DNA of 63,766 nt, counting the filler, from Octopus bimaculoides (Eukaryota): the NCBI RefSeq assembly GCF_001194135.2. It is 7 parts of 6 records of this genome, joined end to end, with 100 filler letters (N's around TTAATTAATTAA, not from the genome) between each part and the next. Parts side by side here need not be neighbours in the genome. Positions count along the whole stretch, not along the records: positions 47,047 to 53,784 come from NC_068993.1; positions 53,885 to 60,434 come from NC_068982.1; positions 60,535 to 62,420 come from NC_069001.1; positions 62,521 to 63,766 come from NW_026356947.1; 3 more parts are not named here. One strand, 5' to 3'. The translations under genes and the position numbers were made by a program. Under the pieces are notes generated by a model. That model was not told the DNA's origin. It worked only from the letters and a program-made list of their open reading frames with translations, and made no database searches. Positions 52,549 to 63,766 of the stretch are shown here, piece by piece (position 1 is the stretch's first letter; each line of letters opens with the position of its first letter).

Positions 52549-53884
52549 TATATGGAAATTACCCAGACCTGTGTTCTACGGTTTTTTCTCGTTTGCTACT
52601 GGAGATTGGTTGGATGATTTTCGTGCTAAAGACGCCTTATGAGGCAGAATCACATTTCAACTTTGAAGAATTCTCACTTCTAAAGTTCGGCTTCCTCTCC
52701 TCATATGGAGTTGCTTTTAATTGCTATTTGGTAATCATGACACATCAAGAATTTATGTTTTGTGGTACTTGATATAACTTTGTCTCTCAATATATATTCT
52801 GATGCGAACAATATTTCCATTATCACAAGCAGCCTCTTGTACTACGTCTGATTATTAAGGATATCGCAAAACGAATAATAGAGACATAAACAATTCCTTA
52901 TCAATATCAAAAACAACAATTACTTTAGACATTTCTGGAAAAAATATAGTCCAATCTCATTTGATAATGTTGTCGAGGATATAAAGTAAAATAGATTTGA
53001 TAATCTTAAATGTAATGGCAGAAAATGTATAAAAATAAATACAAAATAAGAAAAATACTATCTCGAAATACGATTGCTCCAAATTATCTTGTGTTTGTCT
53101 TCATTCTTTTGCAACAAATTCTTCAGATGAAGGAGAAAATCATCAAAATCTTAGTAATCCTAAACAGCTATTGATCATGTTTATCGAACTTCAGAAGACA
53201 AGACATAAAGTAGATTTGCTTATGTAGTACTAAATCACTTGTGGTCATTTCTATTACTACTAACCAACCATACACGAAATTTCCACAAGCTTTACTGACT
53301 TCATATCCAAATCAAGTTGGTTTTTAGTTTCTATGACAACTACGTTAGATCCGGCTTATAAATTCGCTGGCTTCTATTTATAACCAAATTACTTTCAACG
53401 CATTGTTTAATAGAAAGATATAACGTTCAACGCAGAAAGATCTAAAGATGCAACATTTTTTAAAGATGTAAACATATAATAAAGTTTTATGGAGAAAACA
53501 TATGAAGGTAGAAGAAGAAGGTTCATCCTACGTTTGCGACGATGAGCATTTAATTGTCCATTCAACTTCCCGTTGAAGTAGCGCGTAATTTCCAGCGTAT
53601 TCGAGGAACACGTAATGACATAACAGAAATCTAAGGCAGAAATCAGCATGATATAGAATATGTATGTTTATATCTATGTACATACATACATACATACATA
53701 CATACATACATGCATACACGCATACATACACACATACATACATATGTATGTATATATGATATATATATATATATATATATATATNNNNNNNNNNNNNNNN
53801 NNNNNNNNNNNNNNNNNNNNNNNNNNNNTTAATTAATTAANNNNNNNNNNNNNNNNNNNNNNNNNNNNNNNNNNNNNNNNNNNN

Positions 53885-54363
53885 GACCTGGAAATAGAGA
53901 TAACTCGAATGTGGAATCTAAAAACAGAAACAATTCCTATCATTGTAGGTGCCTTAGGTATAATAAAAAAAATATTCAGACAAATACATAACAAAAACAC
54001 CAGGACTTACAAATATATATAACATACAGAAAATTGCACTACTGGGTACTGCACACATTCTACGCAAAACACTTTCAATACAGTAAACATAAGAGCACCA
54101 CAACAAACCACAGCACATACCCAAGGCGCACAGAGCTGCGCTCGGTAGTGAAGTGAAAGCACGTTATAAAAATAAAACTACTGAACAATAATAATAATAA
54201 TGATAGTAAGAGAAAATTGCACTACTGGGCACTGCACACACCCTACGCAAAACACTTTCAATACAGTAACCATAAGAGCATCACAGCAAACCACAGCACA
54301 TATCCAAGGTACACAGAGCTGCGTTCGGCAGTGAAGTGAAAGCACGTTATAAAAATAAAACTA

Positions 54364-54368
<5 letters not shown>
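53885..54368 (+). mobile_element. Two tandem 3' ends of a second R4/Dong-type family (53885-54185 and 54211-54368)
   Basis: DLEIEITRMWNLKTETIPIIVGALG..QKIALLGTAHILRKTLSIQ* plus 3'UTR. The last 158 bp are repeated after a short (AAT)n, and each copy ends in (AAT)n. Confidence 0.88.
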
Positions 54369-54433
<65 letters not shown>

Positions 54434-54499
54434 GCGACGGGCGAAATACCGCTAAGCATTTCGTCTGGCGCGCTAACGATTCTGCCAGTTCGCTGCCTT
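54434..54499 (-). mobile_element. SINE family B head fragment
   Basis: GCGAAATACCGCTAAGCATTTCG..GCTAACGATTCTGCCAGTTCGCTGCCTT. Confidence 0.8.
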
Positions 54500-56225
54500 A
54501 CTACTGCTACTACTACTACAAACTACTACTACTACTACTACTACTAATACTACTACTACTACTAATAATAATAATAATAATAATAATAAATATTGAAAAA
54601 GAAAATAGTTGTCATTTATATTTCATGCGTAAAATCACACAGTTGATAAAGCCAGGCAGAAAAATTTCATTACGTGTTGTATAAAATTGCGTTTTCGGAT
54701 TTTATACGGTACTAAGAGGAGCTATCTGACAAGAATTAATGTACTTATTGCTGAAATTGATAGTTCCTCTCTAACCGGGTTTCTTTAAGAGAATTGATTT
54801 AATGTGTGCATTTAGTTTTCGTTGATTTGCTGTTCAGAATGATTGTGAATATTTGACTTCGGTACTTGACAGTTGTCAGCTTAATTTCAATCAGAATAAA
54901 GTTGGTCGTGCATCTTTATAAGTACAGTTATACGGAGTACCAGACCAAATATCCGGCAAACGTGAGCCCGGAAATGGATTGAATTTCTGGATTTTCAGGT
55001 TTTCTGAAGACAGCCTAAATATTTACTTAAGATATAAAATGAACTACTTAAAGGACTAAATTGAATTTAGCAGATTCAAATTAATACACTTCTAGCGTTG
55101 AGTCTGTATGATATTTATTAATTCATTTAAAATTCTTGAAATATATCCTACTATTTTCATGTATACTGTATACTTGTTATGCGATGGATATTTAACGAAA
55201 AATGTATACAACTTCCTTTCTTTAACAGGTACAATCACAAATTAATACTGTTCTAAAGCAGAGCATGTTTAACCTCTATCAATCCACTAATAAAAGTAAA
55301 GAGCAGGTGTATTTTTAACACAGTTTGCAAAATAACCAAATTCAGCAACAGACTCTGTTTACCCAATACAAGATACAGTATATTGCTCGGTTTTCACAGT
55401 ATTTCCAAATTTCTAGAAATTTCCAATTTTTGGAAGCCAGAGAAGAAATCTAATATAGTACATGAAATATTCGCTGGGTTATTTACATCTCACGGAAATA
55501 GATTTTGTTTTTGCAAAAATGTAAAAGCAAAGACGACATTGACGTACGTGTGTTTGACAAGGTATCAAGGGCAGTAACTCATCCTGGCCAGCCTCACATA
55601 TGTATTACCATAAGTGATAATAGAATTAATCACTTAGTCCGTATATATGTTGATAAGATTATCTTTCCATTTGTAATTCATTTATACAATTTGTTACGAT
55701 TTTCTATTTTAATTACATTGTCATTAGCTACACTTTATACATTTCCTGATATTTTTCTAAACAAAATTATTCCACTATTGTAATATTTACAACTGAGTCG
55801 ACTTATTTCCATGTCGATTGATTGCGTCCAATAGAAATAAACAAAAATTTATTTATTCTACCGATCAATGAATGGTGATTTGTTGATAACACTTGAATAA
55901 TTTTTTTTTTTTTCTTTTTAATTTTGTTGTGTAAATACGATATTGTTGAAAATGCTAAAATAGCTGAAGAAAGAGGAAGCGGAAAAATTCGTCCAATAAT
56001 GGAAGAACTAAAAATGATCAGCATATATCGTTGCCGTGAAATGACAGAGGCAATGTTACAATCAAATGTTAAGATTTCGGTGACGTGAATATATCGAAGT
56101 TTCGATATTTATTTCCTACATATTATGAAGATCTCAAATTTAAAAGAAAAGGGCCAAGTAAATCCACTTCAATAGTTTAGTAGTGTTGCCATATTTTATT
56201 GACTTCAACGAGACTGAGCAACATG

Positions 56226-56260
<35 letters not shown>

Positions 56261-56282
56261 AAGAAGAAGAAGAACCCAGCTA

Positions 56283-56688
56283 TAAGCACATGGCCTGACA
56301 TTTTTAGCGATGGGATTAGTCGATTACATAGACTCCAGTGCATAACTGGTACGTTTTTTCATCGACTTTGAAAGGATGAAAGACAAAGTCGACTTCGGCG
56401 GAATTTGAACACAGAAGATAGAGACGGACGAAATGTAACTAAGCAGTTTACCCGTGTTGCTAACGATTCTGCCAACTTGCCACCTGTATAACAGCAACAA
56501 CAAATATAATAACACCAATCATTTCTACTAAAGGCACAAGGCCTGGAATTTAGTAGGAGGGGAGGAGTCGATTACATCGACCCCAGTGTTTCATTGGTAC
56601 TTGATTTATCGACTCCAAAAGATGAAAGTTTGAAATCAGAACGTAGTGACGGGTGAAATACCACTAAGCATTTCGCCCAGCGTGTTAT
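56283..56688 (-). mobile_element. Two head-to-tail SINE family B copies (56283-56485, 56524-56688)
   Basis: Each has AGTCGATTACAT.GAC.CCAGTG..ACTGGTAC..ATCGAC..AAGATGAAAG. Confidence 0.82.
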
Positions 56689-56690
56689 TT

Positions 56691-56725
<35 letters not shown>

Positions 56726-56865
56726 TTCTTTTGTTAGCCGCAGAGGCATAGATGAGTGGGATATCACAAGGAGAGGCAACAATTTGTGTTCGAATTAACA
56801 TAAAGGATGGACAGAAAGAAATGGTAATGACAATGAAATGCGATAAAACCATACACAGGCGGAGG

Positions 56866-57001
56866 AGTGGTTGTGTGGTAAGAAGCTTGCTTTCCAATCA
56901 TATGGTTCCGGGTTCAGTCCCACTGCGTGGCACCTTCGCCAAGTGTCCTCTACTATAGCCTCGGGTCAACCAAAGCCATGAGAGTAGATCTGGTATACAT
57001 A

Positions 57002-57033
<32 letters not shown>

Positions 57034-57480
57034 CAGACAAAGGGGTTTGAATGATTGTGAATAGAAAATACTTCATTTCATTTCCTTTTAGTATATTATT
57101 TTATATCTTATATTAATATTATAAGATTATAAATAAAACGTGAAAACAGAGTTGGAATTCCTTTGAGTTATATATATATATATATATATATATATAGGTG
57201 TGTGTGTATGTATGTATGTATGTTTGCATGTGTGTATATATATATGTTTGTCTTTGTGTCTGTGTTTGTCACCCCACCACCATCGATTGACAACCGATGT
57301 TGGTGTGTTTGCGTCCCGGTATCCTAGAGATTTGGCAGAAGAGACTGATAGAATAAGTACCAGGTTTACAAAGAATAAGACCTGGGATCGATTCGTTCAA
57401 CTAAAAGCGGTGCTCCAGCGTAGCCGCAGTCAAACTGAAACAAATAAACTGAAACAAATAAAAGAAAATAATAAAAGAAT
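56866..57480 (+). mobile_element. SINE family A with an insertion in its central microsatellite
   Basis: Head with B-box GGTTCAGTCCC at 56911, TA/TG tract interrupted at 57034-57168, and tail to AAAAGAAAATAATAAAAG. Confidence 0.9.
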
Positions 57481-57504
57481 AGTATACAAGTGTGTGATAA
57501 CATG

Positions 57505-58065
57505 AATGGTACAGTCCTTCTGATAAAGAAGAAACTCCAGCTAGGACCATTCAAGGAACCTCACCGATCTAGAATCATCCTGATTACTAAAGGAGCGTAT
57601 CCTCTCCCATGCACTCCAATCTACAAGAACATATTTAGAGTAGAGTCATCTACACTAACCATTTTGGCCACAGTCACCCATCTTTTTTACAAATTCGCTG
57701 GCGGGTAACACTTCCCTTTCCATCTTCACTTTTCTTAAAAAGTCTATGAGAGCTTGACCGAAAAGGAAGGTGTCTTTCCTTAATGCTTTTAGCCTCGTCC
57801 AGCTTACAACCTATTTTGCCATTACCAATAGAGAGAGGAAGACTGCCAGGATGGATTCGGCCGATAACGAATTCATGTCACACGCTATAACCGCTATTCA
57901 ACAAGTCAGCAATACCCGGACATGGCACAAGTGCGTGCATAGAGGTTTCATCGCGCTGCGCACATCTCGGACAGTCCTACCTGACAGCGCTTCCGTGCTT
58001 GTGGTGTTTGTTTCGATCTAGCATTGCTCTTCGCTAGCACTGCCAAGCCAGGGATTTCTGAGAAT
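57505..58065 (-). mobile_element. L1/Tx1-type LINE ORF2 3' end (zf-RVT-like) and 3'UTR, degenerate
   Basis: DCPRCAQRDETSMHALVPCPGI is a C-X2-C...ET..H...C motif, followed by VFLSLLVMAK*VVSWTRLK..GQALIDFL..KMEREVL..WVTVAKM..MFL*. Confidence 0.75.
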
Positions 58066-58067
58066 TT

Positions 58068-58480
58068 TAACATAGGACCAGCAATTCTGAGGGAGAGGGT
58101 AAGTCGATTACATCGATCTCAGTGCTCAACTGATACTTATTTTTGTCGACCTGGAAAGGATGAAAAGCAAAGTTGACCTCGGCAGAATTTGAAAGTAAAG
58201 ACGGATGAAGCGCCGCTAAGCATTTTCTCTGCGGTGCTAGCGATTCTGCCAGCTCGCCACTTTTAACAATGTTTTCTTATTCAGGCACAATACGAGAAAT
58301 TTCGAAGGGTGAATGTTAGTCTATATTATCAGCTACAACACTTAACTGATTTTTTGAGATATCGAGGTCGGAAGGATGAAAAGGTAAATTTGATCTCATG
58401 GGGAACTGAACTCAGAATGTAAAGAGCCGGAGGAAATATAAGAAGATATTTTGTACAACAATATAACACTGCTAACAATC
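58068..58480 (-). mobile_element. Two head-to-tail SINE family B copies (58068-58260; 58282-58480 more degraded)
   Basis: Same core and head motifs as 56283-56688. Confidence 0.72.
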
Positions 58481-58879
58481 CAGTACTATAACATTTTTTA
58501 AAGGGACAACACTTTGGGGGTTGAGAGGTTAGATTATCTTGACTCGTACGTTATCGAGTTTGGAAAGTTAACATGCAAAGATAATTTCGGTGAGATTTGG
58601 ACACAGACAAAAAAAAACAAAAAAAAAAAAAACATAGAATGAGAACAAGTACCACGCGGTACTTTTTCCCACGTGCACACAATTCTGCCAATGCAAAATA
58701 AATAACAAACAAACAAACAAATAAATAAATAAGTTTCCTTGAACCTTGGCACATAAAAAGCAAAGTGAATTTCACAAAATACCATACTCATCGAATACAC
58801 AGCTGTAGGAGGTGTGTTATCTATGCGAAATATCTCTGTAATATGTATGCGTGCATGCATGTATGCATCTATCTATATA

Positions 58880-59080
<201 letters not shown>

Positions 59081-59407
59081 ATAATATACATGCACACATG
59101 ATTAAATAAATAGATAGATAGATAGATATTATATTATATTATAGTATACTATACTATAGAGGCACATACATTTTAGTTTGGTAAAATCAGGCAAGTAACA
59201 TATTATTAATTTCTACTATGGTATTCGGTACTCATTTTTATCAACATTTAAGAAACAGATGTGTATGTACGTGTGTGCGCGCGTGTGTGTGTGTGTGCGT
59301 GTGTATGTTTGCGTGTGTGTGTGTGTGTGCGTGTGTGTGTGTGTGTCTGTGTGTGTGTTTGTGTCAGAATTAGTATATCAATAAAAGTGTACCGGTTTCA
59401 AATTATG

Positions 59408-59550
59408 GCACAAGGCCAGTAACATCGGGGAGTGGCTAAGTCGGGTACATCAACGCCAGTGTTCAACTGGTACTTATTTTATCGACCTCGAAAGTTTGAA
59501 AGGCAAACATCTAACTCGGCGGATTTTGAACTCAGAACGTTGGGGAGCGA
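59408..59550 (-). mobile_element. SINE family B, 3' and core part
   Basis: GGCACAAGGCCAG..AAGTCG..TACATC.AC.CCAGTG.TCAACTGGTACTTATTTTATCGACC..TTTGAACTCAGAACGT. Confidence 0.8.
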
Positions 59551-60059
59551 AAGTATATTGCAATTCCCATGTGCTCAGTATGACAAGAAAGTGCTACAAA
59601 TGAGATAACTACGACTAGAGGTAGAATCTCGCGCGTTTCGTTCGTTATTTGGTCGCGGACAATACCCGGCTATATAATTATATACGTAAACTGCAACAAA
59701 GATGAGAGATACAAAAATGTTTCGTGATAGGTATGTATTCTCTTTAATATCCTTCCATGTCAGCGGAAGAAAATAAAAGGAATGGAGCCAAATATAGCCA
59801 AATGTATCAAACTGGAATATAGGCGAAGAATATTGCACGTGAAGGGAATGAAATATATATAAATATATATATATATACCGCTTGCAAAGATATAAGAGAA
59901 GGGAAATAACATACACTTTTCAGTATCGATTACTTCCCATGGCCGACAAAGCAGCAGAATACGATGTACGGAAGATTGAAATTTACGTTCACTTAGGTGT
60001 AGTGACACTGGCGCACACAGGAAAACATACAGGCACAACGCACACACATACGAGTATTT

Positions 60060-60110
<51 letters not shown>

Positions 60111-60391
60111 TGTTTGTGCGTGCATGAGTGTGTGTGTACGTGTGCGTGCGTGTGTTGTTGCTTGTGTTTATATGCACACATATAAATATGTGTGTATATA
60201 TACGTATATACGTGCATATAAGTACATATTAGAGCGTTTGCATACATCTATTCATATATCAGTGCATTCTTGTGTTTATGTGTCTGTGTGTGTGTGTACG
60301 TGTGCGTGCGTGTCTATGTATGTATGTTTGCATGGATGGATTAATGAGAAATGAACGAATGAACTTATTGTGTATGTATGAGTGAGTGTAA

Positions 60392-60434
<43 letters not shown>

Positions 60435-60549
60435 NNNNNNNNNNNNNNNNNNNNNNNNNNNNNNNNNNNNNNNNNNNNTTAATTAATTAANNNNNNNNNN
60501 NNNNNNNNNNNNNNNNNNNNNNNNNNNNNNNNNNTACAATCTACTCTCT

Positions 60550-61150
<601 letters not shown>

Positions 61151-61509
61151 TCAATACTCTGCTCCTTTGTCTTACTGTTTTTCTAACACATATAGATACT
61201 CCCAGTCAACTAATCCAAGAAAACGACAACAACAACAACAACAACAACAGCAACAACATCAGCAATAGCAACTACAACAACAACAACAACACACACCACT
61301 ATCACCACCACCACCACTAACAACAACAAGAACAACAACACTGACAAGAACATCATATAAGCCAAATATAATATATAAATAAACAAGGAAAAATATCCAT
61401 TAACTCACACACACATACACATATTTACACACACAAACGTATTCAAGCACACACAAACACAGACTTAGATGCAGGCATACACATACACCCAAGCACGTAC
61501 ACCCAAGCA

Positions 61510-61555
<46 letters not shown>

Positions 61556-61835
61556 GACAGACAGAGGAGAACATGCACAGACAAACAGCAATTGTGCATA
61601 CTTTGATGACTGCACTTCTCAATGAGCAGCAGCAATGTAGAATGCAATCATGCAAACAACTGCGGAATCGCGATCACTACCACCGTGAACTACACCTACT
61701 GCCTACCCTTACAAGCAAGGAAATCACGGAAGTGGCGATATTTCATTAAAACAGTCACGTATTATGCTCCAACCATCGCTATGACGACGACCACCTCTGA
61801 GAGCGAAAAATCTCCGATCCATATTACAGAAAAAG

Positions 61836-62010
61836 ATACCTGCTCAGTAAAGCTATATCATAGCGTTTTGGCTGTGCAATCTCCAGTGTTTGAAGGAGGG
61901 AGATCCAATGTTAAAGGTAACTCAAGATGGCCGATGCCTTAACTCAGCTACCGGAAGTTTCCACCACTAGGGCTAATGAGAAATATCTACGCATCTCCTA
62001 CACAGATATT
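61836..62010 (+). pseudogene. Possible frameshifted BTB/POZ-domain relic
   Basis: Collinear motifs in three frames: IPAQ*(IPAHK-like), VLAVQSPVFE, and LPEVS..ANEKYLRISYTD, with BTB-like spacing. Recognised by eye only. Confidence 0.33.
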
Positions 62011-62115
62011 TTAAGGACAAGGGGTTTCATCGCCCCACCAAAGCTGTCTTATAAAACCACTTTTCTTTCTATCTCCCCGCATCCTATTGCTAGAGGGCCA
62101 TTGATTTTTGTTGTT

Positions 62116-62420
62116 GTTGGCACTCCGTCGCTTACGACGTCGAGGGTTCCAGTTGATCTGATCAACGGAACAGCCTGCTCGTGAAATTAACGTGCAAGTG
62201 GCTGAGCACTCCACAGACATGTGTACCCTTAACTTAGTTCTCGGGGATATTCAGTGTGACACAGTGTGACAAGGCTGACCCTTTGAATTACAGGCACAAC
62301 AAAAACAGGAAGTAAGAGTGAGAGAAAGTTGTGGTGAAAGAGTACAGCACGGTTCGCCATCCTTCCCCTGCCGGAGCCTCGTGGAGTTTTAGGTGTTTTC
62401 GCTCAATAAACACTCACAAC
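62116..62420 (-). mobile_element. SINE family C
   Basis: TGGCACTCCGTCG.TTACGACG.CGAGGGTTCCAGTTGATC..GTGTGACAAGGCTG.CCCTTTGAATTAC is the reverse complement of the body of 52247-52548. Confidence 0.85.
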
Positions 62421-62545
62421 NNNNNNNNNNNNNNNNNNNNNNNNNNNNNNNNNNNNNNNNNNNNTTAATTAATTAANNNNNNNNNNNNNNNNNNNNNNNN
62501 NNNNNNNNNNNNNNNNNNNNAAATTATATTTCTACTCTATTGATA

Positions 62546-62652
62546 TGGGCGTGGCTTTGTAGTAAATAGCTTGCTTGGGCAAGTGTTTTCTGCTATAGCA
62601 TCGGGCTAAATAATGCATTCTGAGTGGATTTTGTTGATGGGAGGAAATCCGC
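62546..62652 (+). mobile_element. SINE family A head remnant with internal deletion
   Basis: GTGGCT.TGT.GTAA.TAGCTTG|CTTGGGCAAGTGT.TTCT.CTATAGC.TCGGG..GAGTGGATTT. Confidence 0.7.
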
Positions 62653-62669
62653 CTTTTATATATATGTGT

Positions 62670-62940
62670 ATATAAGGGTATTATATGTCTGTGCACACGT
62701 TTGAATGTGGTGTGTGCCAGAGGGTTTGCAAATCCAATGGGGGTCTTAAAAGACATGTTAGGATCCACAATGAGCAGAACTTACTTGCAGGTATTGGTAG
62801 TGCAAATCAGAGGTGCAATCTGTGTGGGTGTTTTTTCAAAATACTGTCTGGTTTAAAAAGCCACATCAGACGCCATGAAAGGGCTAAGGTGTAGGTGCAG
62901 GAGGTGGTCAAACTCTGTTTAAGGAGTAGACAACCACCAC
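62670..62940 (+). mobile_element. Two intact C2H2 zinc fingers (ORF 62685-62894), probably the 5'-truncated 3' end of an RTE-clade LINE
   Basis: CGVC-X12-HVRIH and CNLC-X12-HIRRH. An in-frame stop lies just upstream, then a 46-bp 3'UTR and a (TA)n tail. GL.SH.R.H is typical of RTE-clade C-termini. Confidence 0.7.
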
Positions 62941-62941
62941 C

Positions 62942-62974
<33 letters not shown>

Positions 62975-63042
62975 GCTATATATCTTTGAGTCTAATTGGC
63001 AACCGCTTTTGGTGTGTCTATGTCCTTTTAAGTGAGGTAAAG

Positions 63043-63148
63043 AGAGCGATAGAAAAAGTACCAGGGTTAAGAAATAAGTCCTGGGGTCGCTGTGTTCGAC
63101 TAAAACGTGGTGCTCCTGCATGGCTGCAATTACATGACTGAAACATAG
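63043..63148 (+). mobile_element. SINE family A tail fragment
   Basis: GATAGAA.AAGTACCAGG..AATAAGTCCTGGGGTCG..TTCGACTAAAA..GTGCTCC.GCATGGC.GCA..ATGACTGAAAC. Confidence 0.8.
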
Positions 63149-63213
63149 AAAAGAATATGGCGGTCTGCAGAGTGTTTTTTACAGATGTAAATAACCTGTT
63201 ATAAATGTAATAA

Positions 63214-63620
63214 TTACCTCCGCCAAGGAAGAAGGTTATGTTTTCATCGGCGTTGGTTTGTCCGTCTGTCTGACTGTGTACAGAATAACTCAAAACGTTG
63301 TAAACGGTATTTGATGAAACTTGCAGCAAAGGTTGGTAACGACAGAAGGAACAGATGATGAAATTGTGGTAGTGATCCGGGAATTTTATGGAGTCTTGAA
63401 GAATTTTTCATTTCTTATATTTACTTTACATGAAGTATTACAATCTTACGTTCTTTGATTATCTACCTTGAAATCGCGTCCATCGTTTCCACGTAACCTA
63501 TGGTGGCGATGCTCTTTCTAAAACTTATTTTCCTTTCTATATTAATAATTTTACTCGCGTATCCATCTTAAAATGAGATGCTTGGCGGAAGTCTGCGGAG
63601 GATGACATGTCATCCCTTGA
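63214..63620 (+). mobile_element. Helentron/DINE-like non-autonomous element; a second copy starts at about 63692 and runs off the window
   Basis: ACCTCCGCCAAG (63216-63227) and inverted CTTGGCGGAAGT (63581-63592), then the 16-bp palindrome GGATGACATGTCATCC (63600-63615). A second TACCCTCGCCAAGGAGGTTATGTT follows at 63693. Confidence 0.72.
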
Positions 63621-63766
63621 CTATTGGGATGATACCTGTTTTTAAAGGGGTTTTTTTTTATAAAATCATACGGCTGTGTTATTTTTTTTTTTTACCCTCG
63701 CCAAGGAGGTTATGTTTTTGCTGTCGTTGTTTGGGAAATTGGGCGATTTTCAGCCTGCGTGTATAT

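Overview
Repeat-dense, AT-rich animal genomic DNA from a gappy draft assembly. The SINE families and the extreme microsatellite load resemble octopus; this is inferred from recalled repeat sequences, not from a database search. No host protein-coding gene, rRNA, tRNA or CRISPR array can be firmly supported. Almost all listed ORFs are translations of microsatellites or N-runs. The recognisable coding sequence is decayed transposon: four Penelope-like (PLE) RT/GIY-YIG segments, R4/Dong-type RLE LINE pieces sitting in (TAA)n tracts, L1/Tx1-type ORF1 and ORF2 3' pieces, an RTE-like 3' end with two intact C2H2 fingers, Tigger/pogo, mariner and SPIN/Buster-like hAT deletion derivatives, and Helentron-like non-autonomous elements. 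Three tRNA-derived SINE families are also present. The best novel signal is a type I hammerhead-ribozyme fold with an intact catalytic core on the minus strand at 23934-24020. Several decayed hammerhead-like motifs lie in PLE termini and inverted-repeat structures. There is also a possible frameshifted BTB/POZ relic (61836-62010) and some unverified micro-exon candidates. Six 44N-TTAATTAATTAA-44N spacers are artificial contig joins, so adjacency across them is not reliable.
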